A DNA stretch of 64,000 nt, taken from Marsupella aquatica. Its lineage: Eukaryota; Plantae; Marchantiophyta. The first letter of the stretch is position 1; every line of letters starts with the position of its first letter. The notes beneath the pieces were generated by a model, which was not told the DNA's origin, made no database searches, and saw only the letters and a program-made list of their open reading frames with translations. Position numbers and translations under genes: made by a program. The stretch lies in contig OZ316895.1 of NCBI GenBank assembly GCA_973895155.1, positions 23,892,281 through 23,956,280 of the forward strand. The letters are read 5' to 3'. Positions 29,898 to 43,923 of this stretch are shown piece after piece.

Positions 29898-30161
29898 AAT
29901 GCATAAGCCAAAATGTGTCAGGTCTCCGCTGAGCTGGCTGTGCGTTGTTGTGTTGTTATTGTTTTGTTTGGTTTTGAGGCGATTCTCTGGGCTTGCTGTA
30001 GTCACCGAAACCTATTCCACAACACATCCAAAGCGCCGGGCCAGGGGATCCATACTAATCCAGCAAGCGCAGAGAATCGCCTCAAAACCAAACAAAACAA
30101 TAACAGCACAACAACGCACAGCAGCTTCAGCGGAGACCTGACACATTTTGGCTCATGCATT
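29898..30161. mobile_element. Foldback/MITE-like element with ~100-bp terminal inverted repeats
   Basis: The arm 29898-29998 (atgcataagccaaaatgtgtcaggtctccgctga...gggcttgctg) is the near-perfect reverse complement of 30061-30161, with a ~62-nt spacer. Confidence 0.8.
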
Positions 30162-33100
30162 ATGGCTCATGCATTTTGGCTTCGAAATTATAACCAGCCT
30201 ATTATATAACACACTCTCAAAGAACAAAATTTTCCAAACTTGGAGACAATATCGAAGGAAAACCCAATAAAAAGGAGAAAACAAGAAAAACCCTCAAGAA
30301 AACCCAAAAGCCTGAGAGTCCTTGACAATAGCTCTACTGGGGTTTTGTAACGTGGCATGAGTCGTCAATCTCAAGAAACTGTGCATTAAATGCCAAGATG
30401 CGACTAGAGTTCGACCCAATGAGTGTCTAACGCTTATTAAAACATGGGAAAAGGTCAGGTGCAACTGGGAACGTACATCAGGCAAGAACAGCCACCAATC
30501 TCAGCATATGTTACCTCGTCCTAATAGGACCCAAGTTCAGCATCCAGCCTTTTCCTCCATCCCACGAGATTGCATGGCCCTCACTCATTGGCTCCCCCCT
30601 TGGAAATCGTTGGGCCCTCCATGTGCATCTTCAGAAAAAGGAGTTGTGGCCCATGTTATCCAAGGAGGAGAATCTCATCGTGAGAAGCCCTAGGAAGGCT
30701 CACGTTTGTCAGATGCACAATTTTGTTTTTTATTTGGTTCTGATTTATTTTGTTTTGCTCTGTTTTGGGGACAACTTTTTCCTTTGTTGGCGCCAAAGGA
30801 ACCCGAGTCAGTAGCCCAAATTGTGTTGTATGGATATGGGTAATTTTCAAGGTCTGTTCTTTCTCGCCAAGGTGGCCAATGCTTGTGGTGAACAATAAGA
30901 TGCTAAGGGTCTTTCTTACTAATTACAGACCCCCATTAGAGGTCCTTTCCAAAATTCCTGGCTCCACAGCACGCCACCTCATCATGGCATGTCGCAAACA
31001 GGAAGAGACTTGTTTTTGGATAAAATTAACTTTTACATTTGTATTTGTGTCCCAATAATGGTTTTATTTCCATTTTGATTTTATTCAAAACATAATTTTC
31101 CCGACAACAATTTTTTATTTGACATTGATTTGACATTGTTGAGTCAAATCATAATAAAAATTTGCGTATAATATGGCGTTGGAAAGATCTTAAAGAGATG
31201 ATCTTGATGAGCTCAGCATTGTCACCATTCGATAAGAATTGAGTAAGTAATTTTGAAAAATAGATTTTATCCATATTTCATAATCTCTAATGTGAATAGA
31301 AATCTTTGTTGTACAACCCCTTAAATGTTGACCCCTTTCATGAGAATGAAACTAAAATTAACAGATTTTATAGTACTAAAGAGATTATGAATTTTAGAAT
31401 TTATTTAGCTTTTTAATGAACTTAACATTGATAGATTTAGTTCTAAAAACTTGTTTTGTATTTGATGTTAATTATGGTTGCATTGGTAAGTTTGACAACT
31501 ATTTCAAATGTCAAACATTGACTTGTATATTTTTGAATTTTTTTCTTTAGATTTGGAGGTACATCTAGGTTTCAGTTTCTAGAATAACATGGGGTACACG
31601 GATTAATTTTCCGAATTAATTTGTGGTTGTCAGATTCCCTTGAATTAAGGATAAGCATCAGATTAGGCTATTAATGGGGTTCTTTGGCTGCCACAATTCC
31701 ATTTTGTTGATTTAAATTTGTTGTTAGGGGTTGACAAAATTGTTGGCTGCAGACGGGCAATGGGACACTCCAATGCGTCTGATTCAATAAATGACTTTCT
31801 AAGGACCCACTCACTCAAATATCTATTTTAAGTAGATTAATAGACTCCTCTATGGGTCCAGCTCTGATGCACGTGAATTAAAATAGGAATGGACCAGGTG
31901 GCCAGACGAAGAGGCCTCCAAGAGTGGTGGTCTAAAATCTGGGACAAAAATGCCCACCATATAAGCAAAATTTGAATAAATTTGGCTGTCCATTCTATAC
32001 ATGTAGGATTGGCATTAGTATAGAAAGAAACTATCCCCAATGTTTGTGAAGTGATATGCACTTACTACTGTCTGTACATGAGTGGCAATTAGGTTTGCAC
32101 AAAAAGTAATTACATACAAAACATGTGGTCTAGTGCAAAAAGTTGATGTTTAAAATTTAAGGGAAAGGGGAGAAATTTAATTCAGGACATGAAAACCTGA
32201 AAAACTTTCTATGAAGCACCAGGAATACAATGTTATCTGCTGAAAGTGGCAACTAACATATAGTTTGGCTAAGTAGAAGCGAGAGTTATTAATGGACCGC
32301 CAAACCAAAAGTGTCTTCCCAATCAACGCCATGAGGGTTTTGTGTACATTCATTTAAGGTGTATCAAGGGTCTGGATCACTTATGGGGTCCATCAAGTAA
32401 CACTTTTAATTGGGGGGTCCATTAAGCATAATCATACCTAGTAGAAGCCACATACAGAAAATCCAGAGAGAAACTTTTTGGTTGGGATAAATTCTAAAAG
32501 TAAGTGTACGGGGAGTATTTGCTTGGGGGACCCCCAAACCAAACTCTTCTCCCTAACCAATCCCATGAGGTTTGGGTACCTTCATTTTAAGGTCTGTCAA
32601 GGTCTATTAGCATTTTGGATCACTCAAGGGGCCCATCTTTTATCATTTTGGGGGGTCCATCAAGCATATATCTCTAACTATTTGGTCCCTAAGTTTGGAA
32701 GCACCAAGTTATCAATATGGTACAATTAATTTGCATTCCCATAATTGCACATGGAAATCTCCTGAGTGCCAGTAATATCCCATCAAAATGTGGTAATATT
32801 ATATAGTGTATTCACCAATTTTTTTTAAATGGTATGAAGAGATGTTATATTTTTATGTGCAGTTACCTGGATCGATGGAAATGTGACAAAATAACGTACT
32901 ATGTCAATCCATGATAAACCCAAATATTTTATAATTTAATATTTTATAATTCTGTATTATATATTTTGCTATCATTTTTAATCTGCAATTACCCTGACAC
33001 TTAAATTTTGCCTGCCCAACAAACTCTTTTCCAGGTACGCACAGCACGTGGGTATTGCTGGATGCGCACCACCTATGGGACCAAGTCGCCCCATTGCTTG

Positions 33101-33797
33101 GCCCCTCCCTTCTTGAAGTGCTAATTGGCCGCCAAGCCAGGTCACCCTCGAAGGCCTCGGCCCCTTGGGTACTGCTGCCCTGCTTGCCCTTCTGGTTTCA
33201 GCTGTTTCTCCTGCCCATGTATTTTTCTTGTTGGCTATTTGGCTATTTTCAGCCAGATTCTTTGTTTCTATTTATGTCAAGAGAGGGCTTCAATTGAGAA
33301 TTCCTCCTCAACTTTGTATCCTTCCGGAGTTCTGGATGTGATTGGGTTTTGTCGATCAGACCACTCTCTTATTATATCCACTCATGACCTCAAAATACTG
33401 GCGGGTCCAAGCGAGAAATATCTTAAAAAGTAATTGAACTGTGGCCAGATTGCATCATTCGAGCTGAGGGTGACACATTCTCGACAATATTGACCACTAA
33501 TTTAAGCCCCAGCCATCATGAAGCCCTACAAGAGGCAGCTAAACATACGGCATGGCGGTCCTTCAAGCTCGACAATACTACACTTGATGATTTCTCAGAA
33601 GCGTTCTTGAACGGAGGGCTCATCAGCTCCCTTTTCTCTGCCTTTAAATTCAGCTCGGAAAAATAATTGAGCTCCGTGTTTACTGTAGCAAAATTTGCCG
33701 ACCAGTTACACATGATATAAACAGTTATCACTTCCATATCTGTACTTTTTGGGTCCTTTGCCTGATGGGATCATGTACCTTTGTCTTTTGGCAGTTT

Positions 33798-33800
<3 letters not shown>

Positions 33801-33836
<36 letters not shown>
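33801..33836. repeat. (AT)n microsatellite
   Basis: Perfect AT run. Confidence 0.95.
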
Positions 33837-33839
<3 letters not shown>

Positions 33840-36800
33840 CGTGCAGTATCAAAATCTCTGCATGGTTTGCACGGATAATAAATTCAGTCGAAACTGATGT
33901 TCCCAAGAGCAATAGAATCTGATTGTTTCAGAATTCGTTTGTTGGAGAAAAGCATAAATCAACCTAGAAAGATGATTGAAGGCAGTGAGGAGTTGACATA
34001 GTCAAAAACTTCATGATCAACTGCTGTCATTGTCGCAAAGAAATCCATGGTTTTTGCTAAATCACTCGATCAGAATTCCACTGCATCTGATTTAAGTAGT
34101 CCAGGAAGTGTAAGTCCTAGCTACAGCACGTACTCTGGAAGAACGGATCAATGGAATTTGAGATATTGTGGCCCTCGATCTCAACCTTCATGGATACCAC
34201 ACTGTAGTACCAAAACCTCAATTTATTATTATTTCATGGAATACTCGGGTCTTCTCTCCACATAGATGCTTATGGTAGAGATCAATAAATAAACAAATGG
34301 TAGAGATCAATTTGACATACCGAGTACTGCAGTAACGATATACATTGGTAGAGAATTTGTACAAATGGGAGTGGGTCAAATTTTACATTACGAAAACACG
34401 CTCTGGATCCTTGATTGACTCCATGCCGCGCGTTCAGTGAATCTTTTTGTATTGAGTCACCATCGTTGACTCGAAAAGCAAGCGAGACAAACGAATCGAT
34501 GGAGTTATAATCGTTCATCTCCTCTCCTGGCAGTCATACGAAGTGCAAGTCCACTTAATCTCGCAAAGCTACTCCAAAAGCTTACCGAGTTTGTTACCTT
34601 GCTTGTTAGACAACCGCGTTGCAAATCTGCCTAACAGAAATTAGTCTTCACGATATGGTATACATGCGTTAAGGATCTTTGAATTGACTCCGGTTCCAAG
34701 TCAATCTTTATTGAGTTATGGATCCTTGAGTTATAACAGGTCTTGAATCCAAAGAGGCGGAGACGTAACGAATTGATGGAGATATCTCCATTTTCTGTCC
34801 TGGCAGTCATGCGAAATGCAAGTCCACTTTATCTCCCGTCAACTCAAAAGCGGAGCAAGTTGATGGTACGTAAGCCATGATTCTTGTATACGAAAGGCGA
34901 CGAAGTACCGTGCTTTTGTGTACCGTAAGAGCTCAGAGAAAGTCATGAGTGAGAACTCATTCGTTCTTAAGATCATTGTCATGATCTCGCCGCGCGAGAC
35001 TCGCTCCGAGACAGCGAACACATCGTCACTGAGCGGCGTTGATCCTTTCCCCCGCCAGGCTACGTACGCCAGGCTACGTACGCTGTACAAATGCTGCACA
35101 TACGCAACATGTCGAGGAGTGTCAAAACACCAAGAAGTGCGATGTTTGACATTTGGTTTTACAGCGCATCATTCTCTCGGTTCAAAAAGCAGGAATCGCT
35201 CACTTCCAGAGTTGAAGAAGAAGTGCATGCAGAGCTTGCCGTAACCACCAGGCTACAGCATGTACCACGGTCGGCAAAGCTCAAGCAGTAAAGCAGATTC
35301 ACAGCTTTTTATTGTAGTCAAAATCGATATTTTCTTCATAATAATCATACATTAAGTTCCTCGATTGTTCTGTTCTAGATTGATTTTTTATTGACATTTG
35401 CTTGACCTGTCTTAGCTTTGGAGGTGGGTCCGGGGCCAAACAAGAGTACGCAGAAAAACCCAACAATGACTCAGAAGAGAACTTACGGCAGCATGCTTGC
35501 ATTCATAAGTTGGTCAGGAAAATGCTGACTGGCCCAGGTGGCATTTCAAGAACACAAAGGAAGACCGAGGAAGCTTAGCTTAGTGCTTTCCGTCATTCCG
35601 GCTCTAGTAGACCGTAAGAAAGAGGAAGTCTGTTTCTCAGTGCTTGTTTGCAACCTGTAAAAGCTGTCGTGAGAAATGCGCAATTTATTGCGACGGAGAA
35701 GGGATTTGTTTTCTAGTGAAACGAATCTCCCTACTCCTCAAATTCTCAAAAGGCACTTAATTATCATAAAGACAAACCACAGGCTATCCCGTACACTCAC
35801 AACTCTCAGCTGATGTACAGTAAAGCTGGTGTACATGGAATCTGTCAAGTTGTGATCCAATCTTGGTAATCCCCATACAATATTAAGCCCAGCCGAGCAA
35901 GCTAGCTCTCTTTTGTTGGCTATATTCCATACTTTGGCTACTTCGATGGCTCCAAACGGCCTTTCGATGGAGAATTGAAGAAATTAAGTTTATGTGATTC
36001 CAATGTTCGATAATTCCCAAAACTCCATAAACTGGAAACCATTAAACTCTTAACTCGTCATCGATGACAAGGCACCGTGGAAGCAGTAAATTAAAAGCTC
36101 TAAGAATGTATCGATACCCTTCCTATATATATACAATCTCTCTCTCTCTCCCTTTCCCTCTCTCTAGATAGATATATATGTTCGGATTAGGCTGAATCTT
36201 CAAGCTGATTCATACGGGAGCACAGATCATCACATTAATTTGTTAGTAGAGACCACCTATATATCAGACGGAGGATCTAGAACCACTGTTACACGGTAGA
36301 AGCTAGCGGCACAATAGCAGTACAAAGTTCACTTTCAACCACCCTGTCTTTCGCCGTTTGACTTACCATTCCAGCTAGCAAGCAAAGAGAACCAATGTAC
36401 ATAATGTCGTCACAGTTTTGCCTTTCAACAAGGGGAGCTGTTCGAGAAGGCCTTAACAGCAGCTGCCTCTGCATACAAACCACCCATGGACAGTTTGAGC
36501 CCATAAAATTGCGTCCCGGAACAACCTGCCCACAACCCAATTCCGAGTCCAAAACTCAAGCTCTTGTACCCGCAAATCAAAGAGGGCACCGGCCTACTAC
36601 TATTTCCGGAGCAGGACCCCAAACCAAAGCTTGTCAGAAGTTCTGCCTCCTGACAAGCAACTCCAGATTGAGTTTGAAACTCTCGTGAAAATCTCTAGCG
36701 CAACGTCTCTACACTTCTGTAACGACAATAGCCTGACTTGATGCCCATATCTTTTTCAACGACGACATAACATGCTTTATGATTGTGGCGGTCAGGGTAT

Positions 36801-37360
36801 GGTTTTCCTCAATAGAACAGGAGTCAGATTGAAGCTGGAGAAACTGTATCGCCAAACGCACTGCCAACTTGGCCGTCGTTAAGAAAGATATATTGGATGA
36901 GAATCTATGAGCCAGGAACGGGTACGCTCGTGCATGATGTGCTGTATCCAGCTGACATGAGGGCCAATGATTATCGAGAATCAACCTCGGAGCTGCTGAA
37001 TATAGAGAAATCTTATACAAACACCACAACATTATAATATCAAAGTATGAACAGTAGCCGATAACAGTGGGTGACTCTCGAGGCTAATTCAAAAGGCTCT
37101 AGTCTGGATAAAGGCAGACTGAGAGACCCAGGACTACCAAGGAGGCCCAACAAGCCCCCGAGAGTCCCAAGCCGATAAGAACCAAAAGCCCACATAGGAG
37201 TACAGATGAGGAAAACCCTACTCGCGGAAAACTGAAAAGCTTGATTGACGCATGTAGTAAACCATACAGGAGGGTTTGAAAGAGCCACATTATGGAAATG
37301 TTTGGACCGCCAATGGAGGATACTCTAAAATTCAAAGTAAAGTCAGCACTCCACATTGGC

Positions 37361-37465
37361 TTTTCCTTGGGCTCAACGTCATATGTTGGATGGCCCTGGA
37401 ATTCTTGTAAAGCAAACCGGAGCATTTCCTTGGGCTCAACATCCTTGGATGGCCCTGGAGTTCTT
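37361..37465. repeat. Imperfect direct repeat (~64-bp period)
   Basis: tttccttgggctcaac...ttggatggccctgga occurs twice. Confidence 0.7.
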
Positions 37466-40400
37466 TGCACCCATGCCCATTATAGTGTCCAGATTTGAAA
37501 TCAAAGTAATTGAAAACGAAGCATGGCCCCCACTCTAGTAAAGCCACCCTAATAGGCAGTATTTGCTGTAAAGCTCCAATGTCTTCCGTTTCATTCAGTC
37601 AACAAATAAATAAATCTATGGCAAACATGGGCAATGCTGGTTTCGCCGGATTTCTCTGACTACAGTACGTGACCTTAATATATACTTTCCTTCAAACGAT
37701 GAAGGCACGAGAAACGTCGTTTGTCCTTCGATCCCACGCAGTTTTTTCTTGAAAAAAGGAGCTATGGTGATTTGTAGAGAGATCAGGGACAGGTCCTTCC
37801 CACGCACCTCCTTGGAAAATGAGAGGTGCGGTGATGTCTAGAGAGACCAGGCACGAAAAGTTTTGTCCTTCCCATGCACCTCAAAAAGGAGAGCTTGAGT
37901 GATCCCTGGTGAGATCCCGGGATCCGTGTTTGGAGTTGCAAACTCCATGTAGAGTGAGCCACAGTACAACTTTTCAGATCCGATCCACATGCACGTTCAG
38001 AGAAATCTCTGCAGCTTCTCCAACAGTTGCGAATCCTGTTATAGTTATTCATCTTAGCTCAGTTATTCCCGGTCATTAATCCTGGAGGCCCGGAAGTGTG
38101 GTGCAAGTTTCCGAAGTGAAGAAATTCTGAAAAGATGGGCGACACTTGAGACGCTTGGTGATTCCATGCGAACGAAAGACCTGTTTCGACTTGTATGTTT
38201 CGACGGTGAATGAAGGAATGACTGATGAGTGAAATCGAAAGGACATCCTTGAGGACAACTCATATTTGAGATAGCATCCCAAGGTTTATGGATTCTGCAT
38301 TTCAGAAAAACAGCTAGGCTGAATCGTCGCACATATGATCAACCAGCGAGCCGGGTGCTCAGAAATAACATCGTCACGAAGCGAGCTTGGCACAAGCAAC
38401 AGACATTGGGTGGTGGTTTTGAGAAGGCTTGAGTGATGACAAAGAGCTTCACTACGACCCAGTCTAGTCTACGAGGTTCAGTTTTAGTTTATCCTTTGCC
38501 AAATTTTCATTCGAGATGCCTGCGAAGATTCAGTTCCGCGAGTTTTGATTTTCTTTGTGTGGCATTCCTTGGTTACCTAAAAACATTCGGCTGAACGCTT
38601 TTGTTGTTTACTTTGTTGGTTTACTCCGTCCGCCTAGGAAAAAATTGGCCAGACCTTCGCTTATCTTCTCTCTGACTTTCCTGCCCGCTTCGACAAAATC
38701 CATGGTCATTTCCTTGACCCTCAATTCCAGCAGATGTACACATTCCTTCCTGAGGGAATGCTCTAGATCAATTCGGAGTGCAACCAAAAATATGATCCTC
38801 GCTCTATGACAAACGACCGGATAGGCAACTCGCCCGAGCTGGCTATCTGTCCGTCAACGACATCACGAAATGATCTGAAGCAGACACCATGATTGATCGA
38901 AATCGACCGAACACTGGTCGACAAAGATCAAGCTTAACTCGACATCTGTGCAAGAAGACGAGTTGGAGAGCGCGACATGAGAGGAAGTCTCATCCATCCT
39001 CAGGGTATGGTCATTCTCGTAGCAATGTTGTACGAATGACAAATAAAGCGAATTGATCCAGGAGGAGACAATGTAATCATAGACATTTGCCTGCATTGAC
39101 AAACACAAACCACTGAGTGAGACCAAAAGGATTGCCAAATGTTGAAGACGTCACCAAACGCTATATCCGAATTTAAAGAAGCGCTATCATCCGATTGGAG
39201 CGAAGTGATCGGCCCAGAAACAAATTGCGGGCGAGTAAGAGATTCCAGACGAGTGTTAGGGTAGCATAGAGCTTCGATTTCGAGCGTTTTTGCCTCGAAA
39301 TTCAGCAAAAATCCATTCGTTGAAAAACAAACAGAAGCGGGAAGCCCACAATCAGTAGAATTCGAGCCTTGCGAGCCGATGTCGCCTGCCTGAGATTAAA
39401 CCTGAGGACAGGCAAGGGGACACACTCACCCTACCAAACTGATAGAAAGGGGAACATCTTGTGCACAATAAATTCAAGCCCAACAAGGACTTCGGTCTCG
39501 GTAAAATAACAGATTCGAATGCAGAGACCCTCACCATCACCAGCGGCACAGGGCAGGGCACGATTGCAGGAAGCTCAGCTTGGCCACTCTCTCACCAGCA
39601 GGTCATTTCAGGGGGTTGAATTTCCGATTAGTTGTTGGCCGATAATTATACATGCAGAGACTTTACTGGCAGACCTTCTTTTCTGGGGTTTTCTCTTGGT
39701 TTTCTGGGTTTCTTTTGTCTTGCAATATGAAGGCACTACCGTATGTTTTCCTCTCGTACAATGAGTAGTTCGAAGCGACTACCATACTGTACGCATCCTG
39801 GCTATACGGTCCTCCATCGAGCAGTTACTGAAACATACAGAGAATTCTAGAAAGCACGAACGACTCGGATTGCGCTTCTCCGAAGTGTCGCAGCGTTGAA
39901 ATCAGTCAACCGAGCCGCGCAAGGCCAAGCCAAGCCAAGTCAAGCCAAGCCACGGCATAGCAGAGAGTGAATCGAATTGCGACGGACATCTTCCTTCTTT
40001 GGTATCGACAGGGTTTTTTGATAGAATAGATTGAGTTCTGATTTACGAAACCAACTTTCTCGACGGATTAGGGGTCAGTGAAGCTTCACCATTTTGCCTC
40101 GGTGGAAATCAATTGGCTTAGGGGTTCATGAATTAGGGCACATATTCTTTTGGGAGAGTTGGCGGACGTTCCGTCGGTGCGATCCACTCAGAGAGGTAGA
40201 AGGTGTACTTCGAACGGTCCGAAACTGCAGAAAAGCGGAAGCCATATATTTTTACTTTAACGAATCATTGCGATCAGTGGTTATCCGAAAAGAATTGATC
40301 CAAGCAGTAATTGTCAGGTGTCTAAAGAGGAATAACGGAGCATTTGACGAAGTATTTCGGTGAACGTGTATTTCTATATCATTCGACTGGATGTTCATTC

Positions 40401-43400
40401 TTCTCTGCAAAGCAGTGAGTAAGAAGTCAGAGTTTTGTCAACGTCTTATTGTTTCCATTCAATTTGCTGTGTATGAGTGTGACTTTGCTTCACGGCAGGC
40501 TTTTCACTCATATGTGCAAAGCTGCAAGTTGGAAGCATGTGGGTTTTCACCGGCTTTTGTTTCCATTCAGTTTTTGTATAGTGAATGTGAATTTGTTTCA
40601 TTATTGACTCACTAAGTGTTTCGGCCCTTTAATCAAGGAGCACAAGTTTCATCAAGTGAAACACTTCAGCTAGTGACTGAACGTCCGTTGGTTAGTTGCT
40701 TCGTTCTTTTGTTTCAGTCAAAGAAATTTCACGAGTGATGATGGCGATCGAATGATGTGTGGATTTCATTGATTTCCTTTCTTCGTCAGCAAGTAAGGGC
40801 AAACTTCGGTGAGGTGAATTTTTCTTTCAATTATACAGAGTATGTTTTCCTATTTCATGTGCTCATGCAGTGGGTTCGAGGATAATTCATTGTTCTCATA
40901 TACTTTCCTTGCATTCGGTGGAAAACTTGAAGTCTCTCTTTGTATGATTTTATGGGATTCACCATGTTCATCAATTTGTGTGAGGAAACCCTTAAGCATC
41001 CATGGGGTTATCTGAGCTGAACTTTCACTGATTGATTGACTATTTGGGCCCATGGAGCCTGCCTGATTGACCTCATCAATTTATATCTTCACTCCTCACA
41101 AGTTTTTTCGCTTGACTACAGCTGTCATTTAGTCCAACCATCCTCGAGATGTTTATCGCACAAGTTTCTATCCATGCATTGTCGTGAGGAGAACAGATCA
41201 CAGATCGACTGTACACAAACGGGTCAGCGTGATATGAAATTTCAAGGGAATCGTTCTGAATACAAATATTGAGCTTCTGCACCCTGCTTTGACCAGTTTG
41301 AGGTATACTTACCAATCATGTTCTCTCACAGACTACATTTTGAGTTGCAAGACGAAAATCCGAAAGCCTTGGAGTCGGACTCCCGTAGACAGTCAGGCAA
41401 GGAGATGAATGGAAGGAACGGAGAGAAATTCTGTGAAGTTTCTAGTTTAGTATCACCGACTGGAAATTCTGCTCCTGATCACTGATGGTCCGCAAGGGAG
41501 AGAACTTTGCATCCGAGAGCCTTCGCTGGGCAGGCTCGAGGCATTACAGACGGGTCAGATCTTATTTCCATCGGCACTATCAGAAGTTCACTCTAAGAGG
41601 GCTCCGAGAGGTTGTGAATCGATTGACACAACTGATTTGGGGAAAAGGACTGGATTGAGGGCAAAATATCGAAGGAGACTGTGATGTGCAGCTGTGTTGA
41701 ATCTGGCTGTAATGCTTAGATAGTTCTTTCTTCCTCTCACGAAAAAAGAAATTCCCACTACTTTAGTTGAGCAGGATGATGAGGAGTAGGTTGCTGGTAG
41801 AGTCGGTTTACTTGAGGGATATGTTTTCTACAGGGGCCAGGGAGGTCACTCTTCTGTCTACGTATACAGCTTCCTTTACTGCTAACACAAGCAAAATCTG
41901 GGGATGGCCAGTGTGAATAAGCGGCCCTGCACATTATAACATACGCATCATATCTTCAATCCTCCCCCTCCCATGGCGAAAATCGGAAGCCCGAGTTCTT
42001 TCTGGTTGATGGAGAATTTGACATGGAATCAAACGCTTCTTGTCTATGACAGATGAGCAACTTGTCTGAAAGCAGAAGAAAGAATTGTCTACTTGTAAGT
42101 GATGACAAACTGATCTGAAAAATGGAAGCCAGAACCGTACGTTAATCTTGAGCACCTAGTCATCCATACAGATTGTTCTTGATGCGTGTGTCTAGGGCAT
42201 CTGGAAGAAGTGATGCAGGCCTCCAAACGTGTGCAAGGTGAGAATGGCACAGGACGGATGCAAACTTATCATTCTTAAAGTCTGTGGCAGTAGCTTGTGT
42301 GGAGAGAGGCATAGCAAGGTGTACAAGCTAAGTAATACCAGAGTATATGTTTGTGGGCAGGTCACAATCCAAGACTCCCTTTCTGCAAACCGCGGGACCT
42401 TACATGCACTGCGCTGTATTTGATTTAGCAGAGGGATTTAGAGTGGTATCAGACTTTTCTCTATGTGAAAGAAATAAATGTTGCAGTATCATCGATCGTT
42501 TTAATTTCTTATCAGTACCATGACTGCCTAGACAAACAGAGAAGGCGACAATACATATGTGTACTCCCACGATCATTGCAGCCATTTATATCAATGCTCT
42601 CCTCATGAACTTGATGTTGCAAAGAACTGGTCTTTCCATTTTTGCAACCGATTAAATAACGTGATTTGGGAATTCGGTGAGCTCGCCATGCCTGTTCGGT
42701 TCAAAATATATTTGCAGGTCACAAACCTCTCCTTATGTTGTCCGTGACCTGCATTGGTTGTCCGAATTCCCGGAGCCTTCCACAGACAACACCAACAGAG
42801 AAAGAGCTTTTGTCAGCATTGTATTGGCAACTCTTCAAAACATGCATGGTAATATCACTCTCCCAATTGTGTCCACCTGTAACCACTTATCAACTTGAAG
42901 ATTATGCAGAAGTGACTTGCAAGGAGCGTCATAGTCTCTAGTTTTCATCTAAAACTATGAGAACTTTTCTAAAGATTGTTGAGTAGGATGCACAAAGTCA
43001 TACTCAATGACACTGCCGATGAACATGTGGAGGATTCGATGGTTGCACTAGTACGTGGCTGCAAATGTAGAGTCCCGGGCTTTAGTATAAGTGCTCTAGA
43101 CAAACGAAAGTTGAAACGACTGTTGGAAATTAGACTCATATATACCAAAACAATAGATCTCTGGGCCCAAAGGACAACCTGGTGGTTGAAGCAGTGAAGT
43201 ACGTGATCGGATGAGGTACACAATCACATTCGTGTATACTAGTAAAACTTTTGCAATTTCTGAATATAGGACACGAACGGTGAATGGGTGAATTTTGTAT
43301 AGTCTTCTTATGTAGATCAAAGGATGAACTCGGTGTCATGTCAAAATCGTCCGAACTGAGTTTTTCGCCTGCGGTATGGATTTGCCAGAGCAGTAGCAAG

Positions 43401-43923
43401 CATCTAACTAGTGGTCCTGTGTATCCAAAGAAGCTTGGAAACCTACAATATTGTCATAAGATAGCGGGGATATATTTTGTGTTGACACCATAATCAAAAC
43501 TATACCTGCTTTTGATCGAGATAAGAAATTTGAGGTTCACGTGAAGGCAAAGGGTAACCTGAAGATACGTATATGATGGGTGATTTGTTATAGACTAGTG
43601 TTGCATTGAAAATGCTAGTTCAATCCGAGAGGGATTTTGTGGGACGTGCCTTCTAAAATCCATCTAGAAGTTGTAAACGAAGGTCGGAAGCATAACCTGT
43701 CACTATTCACTCTCTAGTCCAGGGTATTTGTCTGTTGAACTAGCCATGTTACTTTCATATGCCACAGGTCACAGCCCTCGCAATCCAATTTGGAGCTATA
43801 TTGCCGTTTTCAACTGACTACTTTAACACATATCGTAAAGACGGATATCGGTAGTTTACTTGTTCTCTAGAAGGTCTCTGACCGGCCATTCAATGATAAA
43901 GTAGCCAACCGATTACAAGGAAG

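Noticed and set aside
28088-33433. Possible LINE/LTR retroelement coding remains
   Set aside because: The region looks TE-derived, but no RT, RNase H, integrase or endonuclease motif could be read, so no family call is made.
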